Assembly (NCBI GenBank): GCA_963674595.2
Contig: CAXXFV010000016.1
Span: 640,001 to 704,000, forward strand
From: a bacterium
Lineage (GTDB): Bacteria; Zhuqueibacterota; Zhuqueibacteria; Residuimicrobiales; Krinioviventaceae
Length of the DNA stretch: 64,000 nt
Direction of reading: 5' to 3'
Below, piece after piece: positions 39,356 through 49,149 of this stretch (positions are counted from its first letter, which is position 1; each line of letters begins with the position of its first letter). The notes under the pieces were generated by a model. The model made no database searches, had not been told where the DNA came from, and saw nothing but the letters and a program-made list of their open reading frames with translations. Both the position numbers and the translations under genes were made by a program.

Positions 39356-40888
39356 ATGAAATTTTTGGATGAACTTGGAATTCAGGAAAAAAATTTTGGT
39401 ACCGCTTCTGGATGTGAATGGATAAAAACGACAGACCAGGGCGAAATTGATGTAACGTCTCCGGTTGATGGGAAAAAGATTGCCTCTGTATATCAGGCAT
39501 CGGTGCAGGATTTTCATCAACTTGTGGAACAAGCCCAGCAAACATTCCATGAATGGCGGATGGTGCCGGCACCAAAAAGAGGTGATTTAGTTCGCCAAAT
39601 CGGGCTGCAACTTCGGGAATATAAAAAGCCACTGGGGACCCTGGTTTCCTATGAAATGGGGAAATCCATTCAGGAAGGATGGGGAGAAGTTCAGGAAATG
39701 ATTGATGTGTGCGATTTTGCAGTTGGCCTGTCACGTCAGCTCCACGGCTTTACCATGCACTCTGAACGGGCCATGCACCGGATGTATGACCAATACCATC
39801 CTCTTGGAATTGTCGGTGTTATCACAGCTTTTAATTTCCCGGTTGCTGTTTGGGCCTGGAATGCCATGATTGCGGCTGTTTGTGGTGATGTAGTATTGTG
39901 GAAACCGTCTTCCAAAGTGCCTTTAACGGCGATTGCTGTTCAGAACATTATCGGCAAGGTTTTAAAAGAAAACAATCTCCCTGAAGGTGTTTTTAATTTG
40001 ATTGTAGGTCGTGGCGCGACTGTTGGTGAAAGTCTGGTTAATGACAAAAAAATTCCATTGGTTTCCATAACCGGCTCCACGGCTGTTGGGCGAAAAACAG
40101 CTGAAAAAGTTGGTAATCGACTGGGAAAGACGATCCTTGAACTTGGTGGCAACAATGCAATTATTGTAACGCCACATGCCGATTTGAAGCTTGCTTTACC
40201 GGCAATTGTATTTGGGGCCGTCGGTACAACCGGACAACGATGCACAACAACCCGACGTTTAATAATCCATGCCGGAATTTATGACAAACTAAAAGATGCT
40301 TTGGTTAAAGCCTACAAAAATTTAAAAATCGGCAGCCCGCTTGATGAAAAAAATCATGTTGGTCCGCTTGTTGATAAAGCAGCCGTAGAAACGTTTAAAA
40401 TGGCCCTTGAAAAAGTTGAAAAGAACGGCGGTCATATTCTTTGTGGTGGTGATGTTTTAAGCGGTCCTGAATACGCCTCCGGTTGTTATGTTGTTCCTGC
40501 CCTGGTAGAGGCAGAAAATGAATGGGACATTGTTCAGGAAGAAACGTTCGCACCAATTTTATATTTGATCAAGTATGAGGGAGATATTCATCAGGCGATT
40601 CGTATCCATAACGATGTGCCGCAGGGATTATCATCATCTATTTTTTCGGATAACATTCGTGAAACAGAAGCATTTCTTTCTCATGCCGGGTCTGATTGCG
40701 GTATAGCCAATGTAAATATCGGTACATCCGGTGCGGAAATCGGCGGTGCATTTGGCGGCGAAAAGGATACGGGCGGCGGCCGCGAATCCGGTTCTGATGC
40801 CTGGAAAGCATATATGAGACGCCAAACAAATACAATCAACTGGAGCTCAGAATTGCCGCTTGCGCAAGGAATCAAGTTTGATATTTAA
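39356..40888 (+). CDS. Aldehyde dehydrogenase, ALDH7/alpha-aminoadipate semialdehyde (piperideine-6-carboxylate) dehydrogenase-like
   Basis: EGWGEVQEMID, AFNFPVAVW, LELGGNN, GQRCT, EETFAP, GAEIGGAFGGEK. Confidence 0.9.
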   Translation: MKFLDELGIQEKNFGTASGCEWIKTTDQGEIDVTSPVDGKKIASVYQASVQDFHQLVEQAQQTFHEWRMVPAPKRGDLVRQIGLQLREYKKPLGTLVSYEMGKSIQEGWGEVQEMIDVCDFAVGLSRQLHGFTMHSERAMHRMYDQYHPLGIVGVITAFNFPVAVWAWNAMIAAVCGDVVLWKPSSKVPLTAIAVQNIIGKVLKENNLPEGVFNLIVGRGATVGESLVNDKKIPLVSITGSTAVGRKTAEKVGNRLGKTILELGGNNAIIVTPHADLKLALPAIVFGAVGTTGQRCTTTRRLIIHAGIYDKLKDALVKAYKNLKIGSPLDEKNHVGPLVDKAAVETFKMALEKVEKNGGHILCGGDVLSGPEYASGCYVVPALVEAENEWDIVQEETFAPILYLIKYEGDIHQAIRIHNDVPQGLSSSIFSDNIRETEAFLSHAGSDCGIANVNIGTSGAEIGGAFGGEKDTGGGRESGSDAWKAYMRRQTNTINWSSELPLAQGIKFDI

Positions 40889-40941
40889 AATTTACCTTTC
40901 ACTTTTTTTAAATAATTTTGTACCTTTTTAACTAAAATATG

Positions 40942-40983
40942 GCGCAAAGAATATCGCCAAAATTATTTTCTTTGCGCTTTTTT
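40942..40983 (+). terminator. Intrinsic terminator-like hairpin between ALDH and the mtnX-like gene
   Basis: gcgcaaagaa...ttctttgcgc followed by T6. Confidence 0.6.
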
Positions 40984-41018
40984 AATCTATGAATAATAAA
41001 GGATAATGGCAGCCTGAG

Positions 41019-41678
41019 ATGAGTGTTCGAATATTCTGTGATTTTGATGGGACGATAGCGGTTAATGATGTCGGTAATTTACTATTTACACGATTTGGGG
41101 ATAAAGAAAAATGGTGGGACCTTGTTGATTTATGGAAACAACATAAAATAAATGGCCCGGATTTGTGGATAAAACAAGCTGATCAAACTAGAATTGATCC
41201 GATTGAATTGGAGAAATTTATTAGTGAACAAACAATCGATCCTGATTTTAGATCGTTTGTCAATAAATGTGAAAAAAAATTGCTTCCATTGCATATTTTA
41301 AGTGATGGCATGGATATTTATATCCACAAGATATTGGAAAGTAACCATCTTGACTATCTTGACGTTAAAGCAAATAAAATGACCATTCAATCTGATAATT
41401 CTCTTAAATTAGAGTTTCCATATTTTAAATATGGCTGTGGACGGTGCGGGAATTGTAAGGGAAGCCAGATACGGTTGTTAAAGCAAAGCGGCGAAAAGAC
41501 GATATATATAGGAGATGGGCATTCGGATCTATGCGCCCTTGACGAAGCTGACATTACTTTTGCAAAAGGTGCTTTGCTAAAACATTGTAAAGAACGAAAT
41601 TTGAGTTATTATGCATTTGAAAATTTTTCTGATATTATTAATAAATTAGATAATATTATTTTTGAAGAAAATAATTAA
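41019..41678 (+). CDS. MtnX-like HAD-IB family phosphatase
   Basis: FCDFDGTI, LSDG, C..CGNCK, YIGDGHSD, FAK. Confidence 0.88.
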   Translation: MSVRIFCDFDGTIAVNDVGNLLFTRFGDKEKWWDLVDLWKQHKINGPDLWIKQADQTRIDPIELEKFISEQTIDPDFRSFVNKCEKKLLPLHILSDGMDIYIHKILESNHLDYLDVKANKMTIQSDNSLKLEFPYFKYGCGRCGNCKGSQIRLLKQSGEKTIYIGDGHSDLCALDEADITFAKGALLKHCKERNLSYYAFENFSDIINKLDNIIFEENN

Positions 41679-41693
41679 ATAGGAGTAAATGCT

Positions 41694-43097
41694 ATGGGCG
41701 GCATTTTTGGCGTTGTTAGTTCACAGGATTGTGTAACAGACTTGTTTTATGGAACAGATTACCATTCTCATCTTGGAACACAAAAAGGGGGGATGGCGGC
41801 ATTAAACGGTAAACGGTTTTCTCGTAGTATTCATAGCATAAAAAATATTCAATTTCGTTCCAAGTTTGAGGATGATCTTCCAAAATTGTCCGGTAATATG
41901 GGAATCGGGTGTATCAGCAATATGGAAGACCAACCGTTAATCATTGGTTCACATTTGGGAAATTATGCAATTATTTTTTCAGGAAAGATAAATAACGCAA
42001 AAGATCTGGGGCAAAAAGCATTAAAAAAATATAAAACACATTTTTCAGAATTGAGTACCGGAGAAATTAATCCTACTGAACTTTTAGCATCTCTAATCAA
42101 TCAGGAAAATACTTTTGCTGATGGAATTCGACGCGTTCAGGAATCCGTTGAAGGCTCTGCTTCCGTATTGCTGCTGACGGAGGAAGGTATCTATGCTGCT
42201 CGTGACCAATTTGGACGCTCACCTCTTTTAGTTGGAGAAAAGGAAAATGGCTATTGTGTTTCAGTGGAGTCTTGTGCGTTACCTAATTTGGGTTATCGAT
42301 TCAAATACGAGTTGGGTCCTGCGGAAATTGTTTTATTAACACCTGATGGAATTGAGATTAAGCAGCTGGCTGGTGATGAATTAAAAATTTGTTCTTTTAT
42401 GTGGATTTATTATGGTTTTCCGGCTTCTTCTTATGAAGGTAAAAATGTTGAAGCTGTTCGATATCGATGCGGGGCTGCTCTGGCCAAAGCGGATGGAATG
42501 ATGGATGTAGATATGGTGGGGGCCATTCCGGATTCCGGCACATCTCATGCTATTGGCTATGCCAATGAATCTGGCCTACCCTATTGTCGACCTTTTACAA
42601 AGTATACACCAACCTGGCCCAGAAGTTTTACGCCACGCGATCAGTCTGTTAGGAATTTGGTGGCACGAATGAAACTTGTTCCTATTCGTGAAATTATTCA
42701 GGGAAAACGAATTCTATTTTGTGACGATTCAATTGTAAGAGGGACCCAGCTTAAACAAACTATTCAAAGACTTTATGACAGCGGTGCCAGTGAACTGCAC
42801 ATGCGTCCGGCTTGCCCGCCTCTTATGTTTTTATGTAAATACCTGAATTTGACACGTTCAAAATCTGAAATGGATTTGGCGTGCCGTCAGGCCGTGAATG
42901 AACTGGAAGGACGGGATGAAATTCCTTTGGATGAATATGTTTCTTCTGATTCTGAAAAATACCATGAAATGATAGAACGTATAAAAACCCGTTTGAATTT
43001 ATCATCATTAAAATATCAAACTTTATCAGATATGGTCCTGGCAATTGGTCTTGATAAAAGAAAGTTATGTACTTATTGCTGGGATGGTTGTGAATAG
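41694..43097 (+). CDS. purF: Amidophosphoribosyltransferase (form lacking N-terminal Cys)
   Basis: Ntn domain; ARD..GR; IPDSG; PRPP loop DDSIVRGT; CPP and CTYC Fe-S cysteines. Confidence 0.88.
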   Translation: MGGIFGVVSSQDCVTDLFYGTDYHSHLGTQKGGMAALNGKRFSRSIHSIKNIQFRSKFEDDLPKLSGNMGIGCISNMEDQPLIIGSHLGNYAIIFSGKINNAKDLGQKALKKYKTHFSELSTGEINPTELLASLINQENTFADGIRRVQESVEGSASVLLLTEEGIYAARDQFGRSPLLVGEKENGYCVSVESCALPNLGYRFKYELGPAEIVLLTPDGIEIKQLAGDELKICSFMWIYYGFPASSYEGKNVEAVRYRCGAALAKADGMMDVDMVGAIPDSGTSHAIGYANESGLPYCRPFTKYTPTWPRSFTPRDQSVRNLVARMKLVPIREIIQGKRILFCDDSIVRGTQLKQTIQRLYDSGASELHMRPACPPLMFLCKYLNLTRSKSEMDLACRQAVNELEGRDEIPLDEYVSSDSEKYHEMIERIKTRLNLSSLKYQTLSDMVLAIGLDKRKLCTYCWDGCE

Positions 43098-43128
43098 TTA
43101 TTTATTTAAATTTGATGGAGAAATCAAC

Positions 43129-44205
43129 ATGTTGAGAAAAAAATATTTTATCGCTATTTGTGTTGTTTTCGCTTTATTGGTTTTTAGCGGAATTTATTCT
43201 GTTTACAGTCAAACAAACCCACATTGGAAGATTCACGATCTTTCACGTCCGAATCCCCCGATTATAACGCCGGGAACGTTCAGCACCCAGGATGCTGTTG
43301 GAAAAGCACCTTCTGATGCTATAATTTTGTTTGATGGTTCGGATTTATCTGCCTGGGTGTCTTCCTCTGACGGTAAAGAAGCAAAATGGAATATGGGTGA
43401 TGGTTTTTTTGAAACGGTCAAGGGGACGGGTTCCATTCAAACGAAACAGGCTTTTGGTGATTGTCAGTTGCACATTGAATGGGCAGCGCCTGTTCCGCCA
43501 AAGGGTAAAGGGCAGGGAAGAGGCAACAGCGGAGTATATTTGATGAGCAAATATGAAGTTCAGGTTTTGGATTGTTACGAAAACACAACCTATGCCGACG
43601 GTCAAACAGCCGCATTATACGGTCAATATCCACCCCTGGTAAACGCTTGTCTGCCTCCCGGAATGTGGCAGGTATATGATATTGTTTTTCATGCTCCTCG
43701 ATTTTGTAAAGATGGAAAATTGTTAAAACCGGCCCGAATAACCGTCTTTCATAATGGTGTTTTGGTTCAGGATCATGTTGAATTAAAAGGACCGACAGAC
43801 TGGATGAACAAGTTGGATTATTCTGTCCACCCGGATAAGCTGCCTATTATGTTGCAGGACCATTCAAATCCGGTTCGATATAGAAATATCTGGATTCGTG
43901 AACTACCCAATCCGGCTGATTTTGCTAATGAACCAAAAGAAGTATATTTGATACCAAAACAAAAAGAAAAATATCTTGGCGATTATGAAATCAATAAAAA
44001 TCATATTATGAATATATCAATGGAAAATGATCAACTTTATATTCGTTTGTCTAAAACAAAATGGCCTTTATATTCTTCAAGTGAAACAGAGTTTTTTTTA
44101 AAGGATGTTGATGTTCAGGTGGGGTTTGATATAGATAAAGATGGAACTGTAACATCACTTACTTTTCGTCATGGTGACAGTAAAAGTGAGGCGAAAAAAA
44201 TTTAA
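43129..44205 (+). CDS. DUF1080 (3-keto-disaccharide hydrolase-like) protein with C-terminal DUF3471-like domain
   Basis: PSDAIILFDG, FGDCQLHIEW, GNSGVY, YEVQVLD, WQVYDI, LQDH..V.YRNIWIR. Confidence 0.85.
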   Translation: MLRKKYFIAICVVFALLVFSGIYSVYSQTNPHWKIHDLSRPNPPIITPGTFSTQDAVGKAPSDAIILFDGSDLSAWVSSSDGKEAKWNMGDGFFETVKGTGSIQTKQAFGDCQLHIEWAAPVPPKGKGQGRGNSGVYLMSKYEVQVLDCYENTTYADGQTAALYGQYPPLVNACLPPGMWQVYDIVFHAPRFCKDGKLLKPARITVFHNGVLVQDHVELKGPTDWMNKLDYSVHPDKLPIMLQDHSNPVRYRNIWIRELPNPADFANEPKEVYLIPKQKEKYLGDYEINKNHIMNISMENDQLYIRLSKTKWPLYSSSETEFFLKDVDVQVGFDIDKDGTVTSLTFRHGDSKSEAKKI

Positions 44206-44209
44206 TAAT

Positions 44210-44240
44210 AAAAAAGCCCGGAAAACTCCGGGCTTTTTTT
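44210..44240. terminator. Bidirectional terminator
   Basis: aaaaaagcccgga-aaac-tccgggctttttt between convergent genes. Confidence 0.88.
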
Positions 44241-45582
44241 ATCGTTGAGAAAGGGATAAATATTTTTGTGGCTTTGCCACGTTTTTGTAGGCTGGCCGGA
44301 TAATTCGTTTACCATTTACAAGTTCTTCAATCCTGTGGGCAGACCAGCCGACCACGCGCGACATGGCAAACAGCGGCGTGTAAATTTCCTGGGGAAAACC
44401 CAAAAGATCATAAACAAAACCGGAATAAAAATCAACATTTGGCGAAATAACTTTGGTGGAATTCTTTTTTTGTTGGAATAGTGAAGGCGTAAGTTTTTCG
44501 AGATTGATATATAAATTATACTCGTCCAGTCGGCCCTTTTCTTTTGCCAGTTCCCGGGCTTTTTCTTTTAGAATAATGGCCCTGGGATCTGATTTTGTAT
44601 ATACGGCATGGCCCATTCCATAAACAAGACCAGTACCATCATGAGCTTTTTGGTTTAGTATTTTTTGAATATATGCTGTTATTTCATCTTCATCAGCCCA
44701 GTCTTTGACATTTTCTTTAATATTTGTCATCATTTTCATAACATTGGAATTAGCTGCTCCGTGTAAAGGACCTTTTAACGAACCTACTGCTGCGGAAATG
44801 GCAGAGTATGTATCTGTTTGACTGGATGTTACAACATGGGTGGTGAATGCCGAATTATTTCCACCGCCGTGCTCAGCATGTAAAATAAGTGCCAAATCCA
44901 GTAAATCTGCCTCCAGTTTTGTGTACTTGTTGTCCGGTCGAAGCATGTATAAAAAGTTTTCCGCGCAGCATAATTCCGGATTAGGGGGATGCACAAAAAG
45001 GGATTCTGAAAATAATTTATGACGCATGGCCTGGTATGAATAGGCAATAATCGACGGGAATTTTGCAATCAGGTTTAAACATTGCCGGATTACATTTGGA
45101 ATAGACGTATCATCCGGATTAGGGTCCAGACCATAAAGTACAAGGATAACTCTTTGCAGTTTGTTCATTACACTCGGACTTGGAAATTGCAGAATAGACG
45201 TTTCGTTTAATCCCGGTGGTAAAGATATCATCGGACGGATAAAATCTTTAAACTCTTCCAGTTGTTTTTCTGATGGCAGTTTTCCGAATAGTAATAAATA
45301 CGTTACCTCTGGAAATCCATGCCGCTCTTCATTTTGGATACCGCTAACGAGTTCTGTGATGGGAATGCCCCGGTAATAAAGCTCTCCGTCGACGGGAACT
45401 ACTTCTTCGTCTACAATTTTAAATCCAACAACACTAGAGATTTTTGTTAACCCAACCAACACACCGGAACCATCATCATTTCTAAGACCGCGTTTTACTG
45501 AAAATTTTGTGTATAAATCACGATCAATTTCTGTTGATTTTACTAAATCATCTGCAATACCTGCAACAAAATCATTTTCCAT
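44239..45582 (-). CDS. Citrate (or 2-methylcitrate) synthase
   Basis: LYYRG, HAEHGGGNNS, GPLHGAAN, GMGHAVY, DPRA, PNVDFYSG. Confidence 0.93.
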   Translation of the reverse strand: MENDFVAGIADDLVKSTEIDRDLYTKFSVKRGLRNDDGSGVLVGLTKISSVVGFKIVDEEVVPVDGELYYRGIPITELVSGIQNEERHGFPEVTYLLLFGKLPSEKQLEEFKDFIRPMISLPPGLNETSILQFPSPSVMNKLQRVILVLYGLDPNPDDTSIPNVIRQCLNLIAKFPSIIAYSYQAMRHKLFSESLFVHPPNPELCCAENFLYMLRPDNKYTKLEADLLDLALILHAEHGGGNNSAFTTHVVTSSQTDTYSAISAAVGSLKGPLHGAANSNVMKMMTNIKENVKDWADEDEITAYIQKILNQKAHDGTGLVYGMGHAVYTKSDPRAIILKEKARELAKEKGRLDEYNLYINLEKLTPSLFQQKKNSTKVISPNVDFYSGFVYDLLGFPQEIYTPLFAMSRVVGWSAHRIEELVNGKRIIRPAYKNVAKPQKYLSLSQR

Positions 45583-45733
45583 ATAGCCTCCTGTTAATAT
45601 AAACAGATTATGTTTTTTTAAGAAAACATTAAAGCACGCTAACCTATTTCAATAATATTTATAATATTTAAAAGATGACGGAAATTGTGGGTTGGATAAA
45701 CATTCTTTGGAGGGCTTGTTGGAAGGTATATAT

Positions 45734-45766
45734 AAAAAAAGGAATGACTTGGTCATTCCTTTTTTT
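45734..45766 (-). terminator. Terminator downstream of ferritin
   Basis: A7-ggaatgac-ttg-gtcattcc-T7. Confidence 0.85.
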
Positions 45767-45774
45767 ATCGAGAT

Positions 45775-46260
45775 TTAACGTTGCCCTAAAACATTGTCGA
45801 GCATAAGTAATGCCTGCCCTGATTTACCGGCAAGTTTAAGTTTGGCCAGAATGGAATCCATAGAGGCCTCTTCTTCAACCTGTTCGGTGACGAACCAATC
45901 CAGAAATGTTTTGGTCGCATAATCATTTTCTTTTATGGCCAGAGAAACAAGGTCGTTTATACTTGAAGTGACATATTTTTCATGTTCCAGAGCTAATGCA
46001 AAAAGTTCTTCTACACTTGCAAAGTCAGTTTTTGGTTTTTCGATAGCTTCCAATATAACAGCATTTCCTCGTTCATTTACATAACCATAAATTTTCATTG
46101 CATGACCCAATTCTTCCTGGGCCTGTTTTTTGAAAAATGAGGCTACGCCGCCAAAATTTTCATTTTCAGCCCATGCAGCCATTGAAAAATAATAATAGGC
46201 AGAAAAAGTCTCTTTATTTATTTGTGCATTTAGTTCTTTTGCCATTTTTTTCGATAACAT
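45775..46260 (-). CDS. Non-heme ferritin
   Basis: LNAQINKE, QAQEELGHA, ALEHE, FLDWFVTEQVEEE; aagga RBS before ATG 46260. Confidence 0.93.
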   Translation of the reverse strand: MLSKKMAKELNAQINKETFSAYYYFSMAAWAENENFGGVASFFKKQAQEELGHAMKIYGYVNERGNAVILEAIEKPKTDFASVEELFALALEHEKYVTSSINDLVSLAIKENDYATKTFLDWFVTEQVEEEASMDSILAKLKLAGKSGQALLMLDNVLGQR

Positions 46261-46389
46261 TTTTATCTCCTTAAAATATAATGTGTTTACTAGAATATTC
46301 GTTATTTGCAATCTTGAATATCACAAATCGTACAGTAATACTGTAACAAATTTTTTTCAAATAAATTTCAATAAACTATTTTAAAGAGA

Positions 46390-47328
46390 TTATTTATTAA
46401 GGGGTGAGATTTCTGTCAAGGTTCGGTAATATTTGCTGAATTGGTGTGCATTAACACCAGGTCCCATAGCAATGATTTCTGTCGGACCTGAGTAATTATC
46501 TACAGGAATGATATCGGTTTTGCCAAAACACGATTGAACGACAACAGTTGTTTCATCGGTTAAATTGATGAATCCCTTGAGCCGGTAGGTTACCGTTTGT
46601 TGTTCATCTAGTAATTTTTTTAAATTGTCCCTGGAAATTTTTTTAGTCGTTCTGACAACGGCAGACCCCAAATCCGGACGACCACTGTTTTCAAACGTTT
46701 CCAATTCTTTGGAACGCTGCAAAGCCACCGGTGTTTTTGCGTCATCCGGTAGCAGATCGGATTTAATGTTGCAATATTGCGTTTCCAAAATATCGGCAAA
46801 AGGATTGAGCGTTTTAATATACCCTTTAACATTTTCAATGTTTTCTGCTGCCAGGTCGGTTTTGTTAATAAGGACGGTATCGGCAACGCGAATCTGGTGC
46901 GATACCCGTGTTATGGATTTTGCTTTTTCAAAATTTGCGGCATCAACAATTGTCCAGATATGCGAAAGGTACAGTTGTTCAAGTTCCGGCGCTTCCAGTA
47001 ACTGAGCAATTGCAACAGGATCAGAAAGACCGGATGCTTCCAAAATGACAGCATCCGGTTTTGTTGTTTCTACAAGATCATACAGTGCTTTTTTAAAATC
47101 AGCTATCAGACAAACACAAAAAACCGAACCACGGTTGATTTCCAGTATTTCAAATGATTTCCCCATGGCCCGCAGTTCTTTTCCATCGATATTTGCCGGG
47201 GCAAAGTCGTTTTGTATGACAGCCAACCGTTTTTTATCAGCGTATTGATGGATGATTTTTTTTAACAGTGTTGTCTTGCCGCTTCCTAAAAAACCTGTTA
47301 AAAGATAAAATGGAATTTTTTTATCCAA
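46390..47328 (-). CDS. COG0523/CobW family P-loop GTPase (metallochaperone)
   Basis: LTGFLGSGKTT, GSVFCVC, EASGLSDP, NKTD, RLKG. Confidence 0.9.
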   Translation of the reverse strand: MDKKIPFYLLTGFLGSGKTTLLKKIIHQYADKKRLAVIQNDFAPANIDGKELRAMGKSFEILEINRGSVFCVCLIADFKKALYDLVETTKPDAVILEASGLSDPVAIAQLLEAPELEQLYLSHIWTIVDAANFEKAKSITRVSHQIRVADTVLINKTDLAAENIENVKGYIKTLNPFADILETQYCNIKSDLLPDDAKTPVALQRSKELETFENSGRPDLGSAVVRTTKKISRDNLKKLLDEQQTVTYRLKGFINLTDETTVVVQSCFGKTDIIPVDNYSGPTEIIAMGPGVNAHQFSKYYRTLTEISPLNK

Positions 47329-48943
47329 TGTCCTTGATCCATTCTTTAATAATAGCTACAGACGGGATGCTTCCTTCAGATTTTAATTTGTATTCTGCAA
47401 CAACAACGGCGGGTGTTGTATGAATACCATAAGACAGGATTTTTTCTTCGTCTGTAACATGTTGAATTGTAACGTCTGCGCCCAGTTCGTGAATAGCCAA
47501 TTCCACATGGGGATGAAGTTGCTGACATTCTTGCTCTGTTTTTCCCAAAATAAATATTGTACCTTTTTGTGTACGAATTTTATATTTCAATTTTTCATAA
47601 ATTCGTTTTTGGATTGCCGCTATCAACTCTTCTTTCGGGGGTATACGGGAAACAAAAGTAATATGCCCGTCAATACAAATAGTAGGAATGTTTTTGACCA
47701 TTAGCGAATTCATAAACCGGACAGATTCCCGGTATTTTATTTTATGCTCCCGCCAGGTTACCACACCTTCAAAAATTTCAACAGCTTTTTTAACTGCTTC
47801 AACGGAATACTGACAAGGTGCGCAGGATTCGGAATCCAGTGTAATAATATCGACAATAATTTTGTCTGATTTACCATATTCGCTCATGTCCAGAATATCT
47901 TCATCCTTGTCCGTAGTGGTAATCGTACGTATAACATCCTGTTGATACGGATCATGCACTAATTCCGTTACGGCTTTTAAATTTTCAGGTGGTGTGGCAA
48001 AGGGTAAATCACACCCGGGGGCCAGAATAAAGCCTGTATCTCCACCAATATCCATACAATCTATTGCGTTTAACTGGCATTCTTGCGTTGTGCCCATAAG
48101 AAGAACAACCGTCAGTTGCAGGTTTCCGCCAAAGCTGATATTATGTTTCAGGCAGATATCACGTACATAATCCAATGGTATGTTTTCATCGACAGAAACA
48201 TTGTTTGGGCCGCATTCGCACATCACTTCAATGTTTTGTTGTGCCTGTCCGCAAACAAAAAATGATCCTAATTTCCCTTTGCTTTTAATATGGCTGAATA
48301 CTGTTGAAGCGGCAGGAGTGACAAATTGTTTAAATTGTTCCGGTCCGATCTGGCTGGTCATCGGGTCGACAACGGCAATAATGTCACATCCGGCATCAAT
48401 ATAATAATCGGACATTGCAATACAGACATCCTGACAAAATTTCATAAGATCAAAAAGTTCATTGTCGTTATCAAACATTTTCATAAATAATTCAGTTCCC
48501 AGCAGGTGTAATGCCAGGGTGAAAGGGCCTGTAATTAAACCATAGAGTGCAAGGTCCGGGTACATTTTTCGCAGTTGTTTTGCAGCATTAATACCGATTG
48601 GAATTCGGCCTTCAGTTGGTTTTGGAACATGCAAATCTTTTAATTGTTTTCCCTCTGTTAAGGGATGCGAGATCACGGCGGGAGGATTTTCATCAGCCCA
48701 TTGAAGCTTGCAGCCAAGCGCTTCGGCTTCAATTTGTAAATCAAATATTACCGGGAGACCATCCGGATTATATTGTTTAATTGCTTCTGTTACGCCTGCT
48801 ATAATATTTTTTTCTGATTGCAGGTATTCTGTTGCCGATAAGCCGACAAGTGATCCGCCATGACAACCTACAAACGGCACCCAGGGAATTCTTTGTACTT
48901 TTTTCCCTTGTATTGCCGTAGTAACTAATTCTTTACCGGTCAT
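47321..48943 (-). CDS. UroD/MtaA-CmuA family TIM-barrel protein fused to two thioredoxin-fold domains
   Basis: R.PWVP, DLQIEAEALG, TGPFTLA, FVCG, GGNL, FILAPGCD; then a CAPC Trx domain; then an MTH895/ArsE-like domain. Confidence 0.82.
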   Translation of the reverse strand: MTGKELVTTAIQGKKVQRIPWVPFVGCHGGSLVGLSATEYLQSEKNIIAGVTEAIKQYNPDGLPVIFDLQIEAEALGCKLQWADENPPAVISHPLTEGKQLKDLHVPKPTEGRIPIGINAAKQLRKMYPDLALYGLITGPFTLALHLLGTELFMKMFDNDNELFDLMKFCQDVCIAMSDYYIDAGCDIIAVVDPMTSQIGPEQFKQFVTPAASTVFSHIKSKGKLGSFFVCGQAQQNIEVMCECGPNNVSVDENIPLDYVRDICLKHNISFGGNLQLTVVLLMGTTQECQLNAIDCMDIGGDTGFILAPGCDLPFATPPENLKAVTELVHDPYQQDVIRTITTTDKDEDILDMSEYGKSDKIIVDIITLDSESCAPCQYSVEAVKKAVEIFEGVVTWREHKIKYRESVRFMNSLMVKNIPTICIDGHITFVSRIPPKEELIAAIQKRIYEKLKYKIRTQKGTIFILGKTEQECQQLHPHVELAIHELGADVTIQHVTDEEKILSYGIHTTPAVVVAEYKLKSEGSIPSVAIIKEWIKDIG

Positions 48944-48974
48944 ATATTTCCTTTACTTGTTTTGCATAATGGGA

Positions 48975-48991
48975 GTTTAGGCACTGTAAAC
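48975..48991. promoter_or_regulatory. Possible DtxR/MntR-family metal-responsive operator
   Basis: gtttaggcactgtaaac resembles TTTAGG-N3-CCTAAA with 2 mismatches; lies between divergent metal-related genes. Confidence 0.35.
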
Positions 48992-49078
48992 ATTTTAGAT
49001 CAAGTAATAAATATAGCAAAGTATTCATCGATTTTCAAGATTATAATCTCGTGTATGTTAACTTTGATGCAAAAACAG

Positions 49079-49107
49079 TTGAAGCTTTCTTTTGATTATT
49101 CTATATT
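49079..49107 (+). promoter_or_regulatory. Sigma70-type promoter of the Nramp gene
   Basis: TTGAAG-17 nt-TATATT. Confidence 0.45.
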
Positions 49108-49149
49108 ACAAAAAGTGTTTTTATTTTTGTAAGAGGCGAGGATATATTT

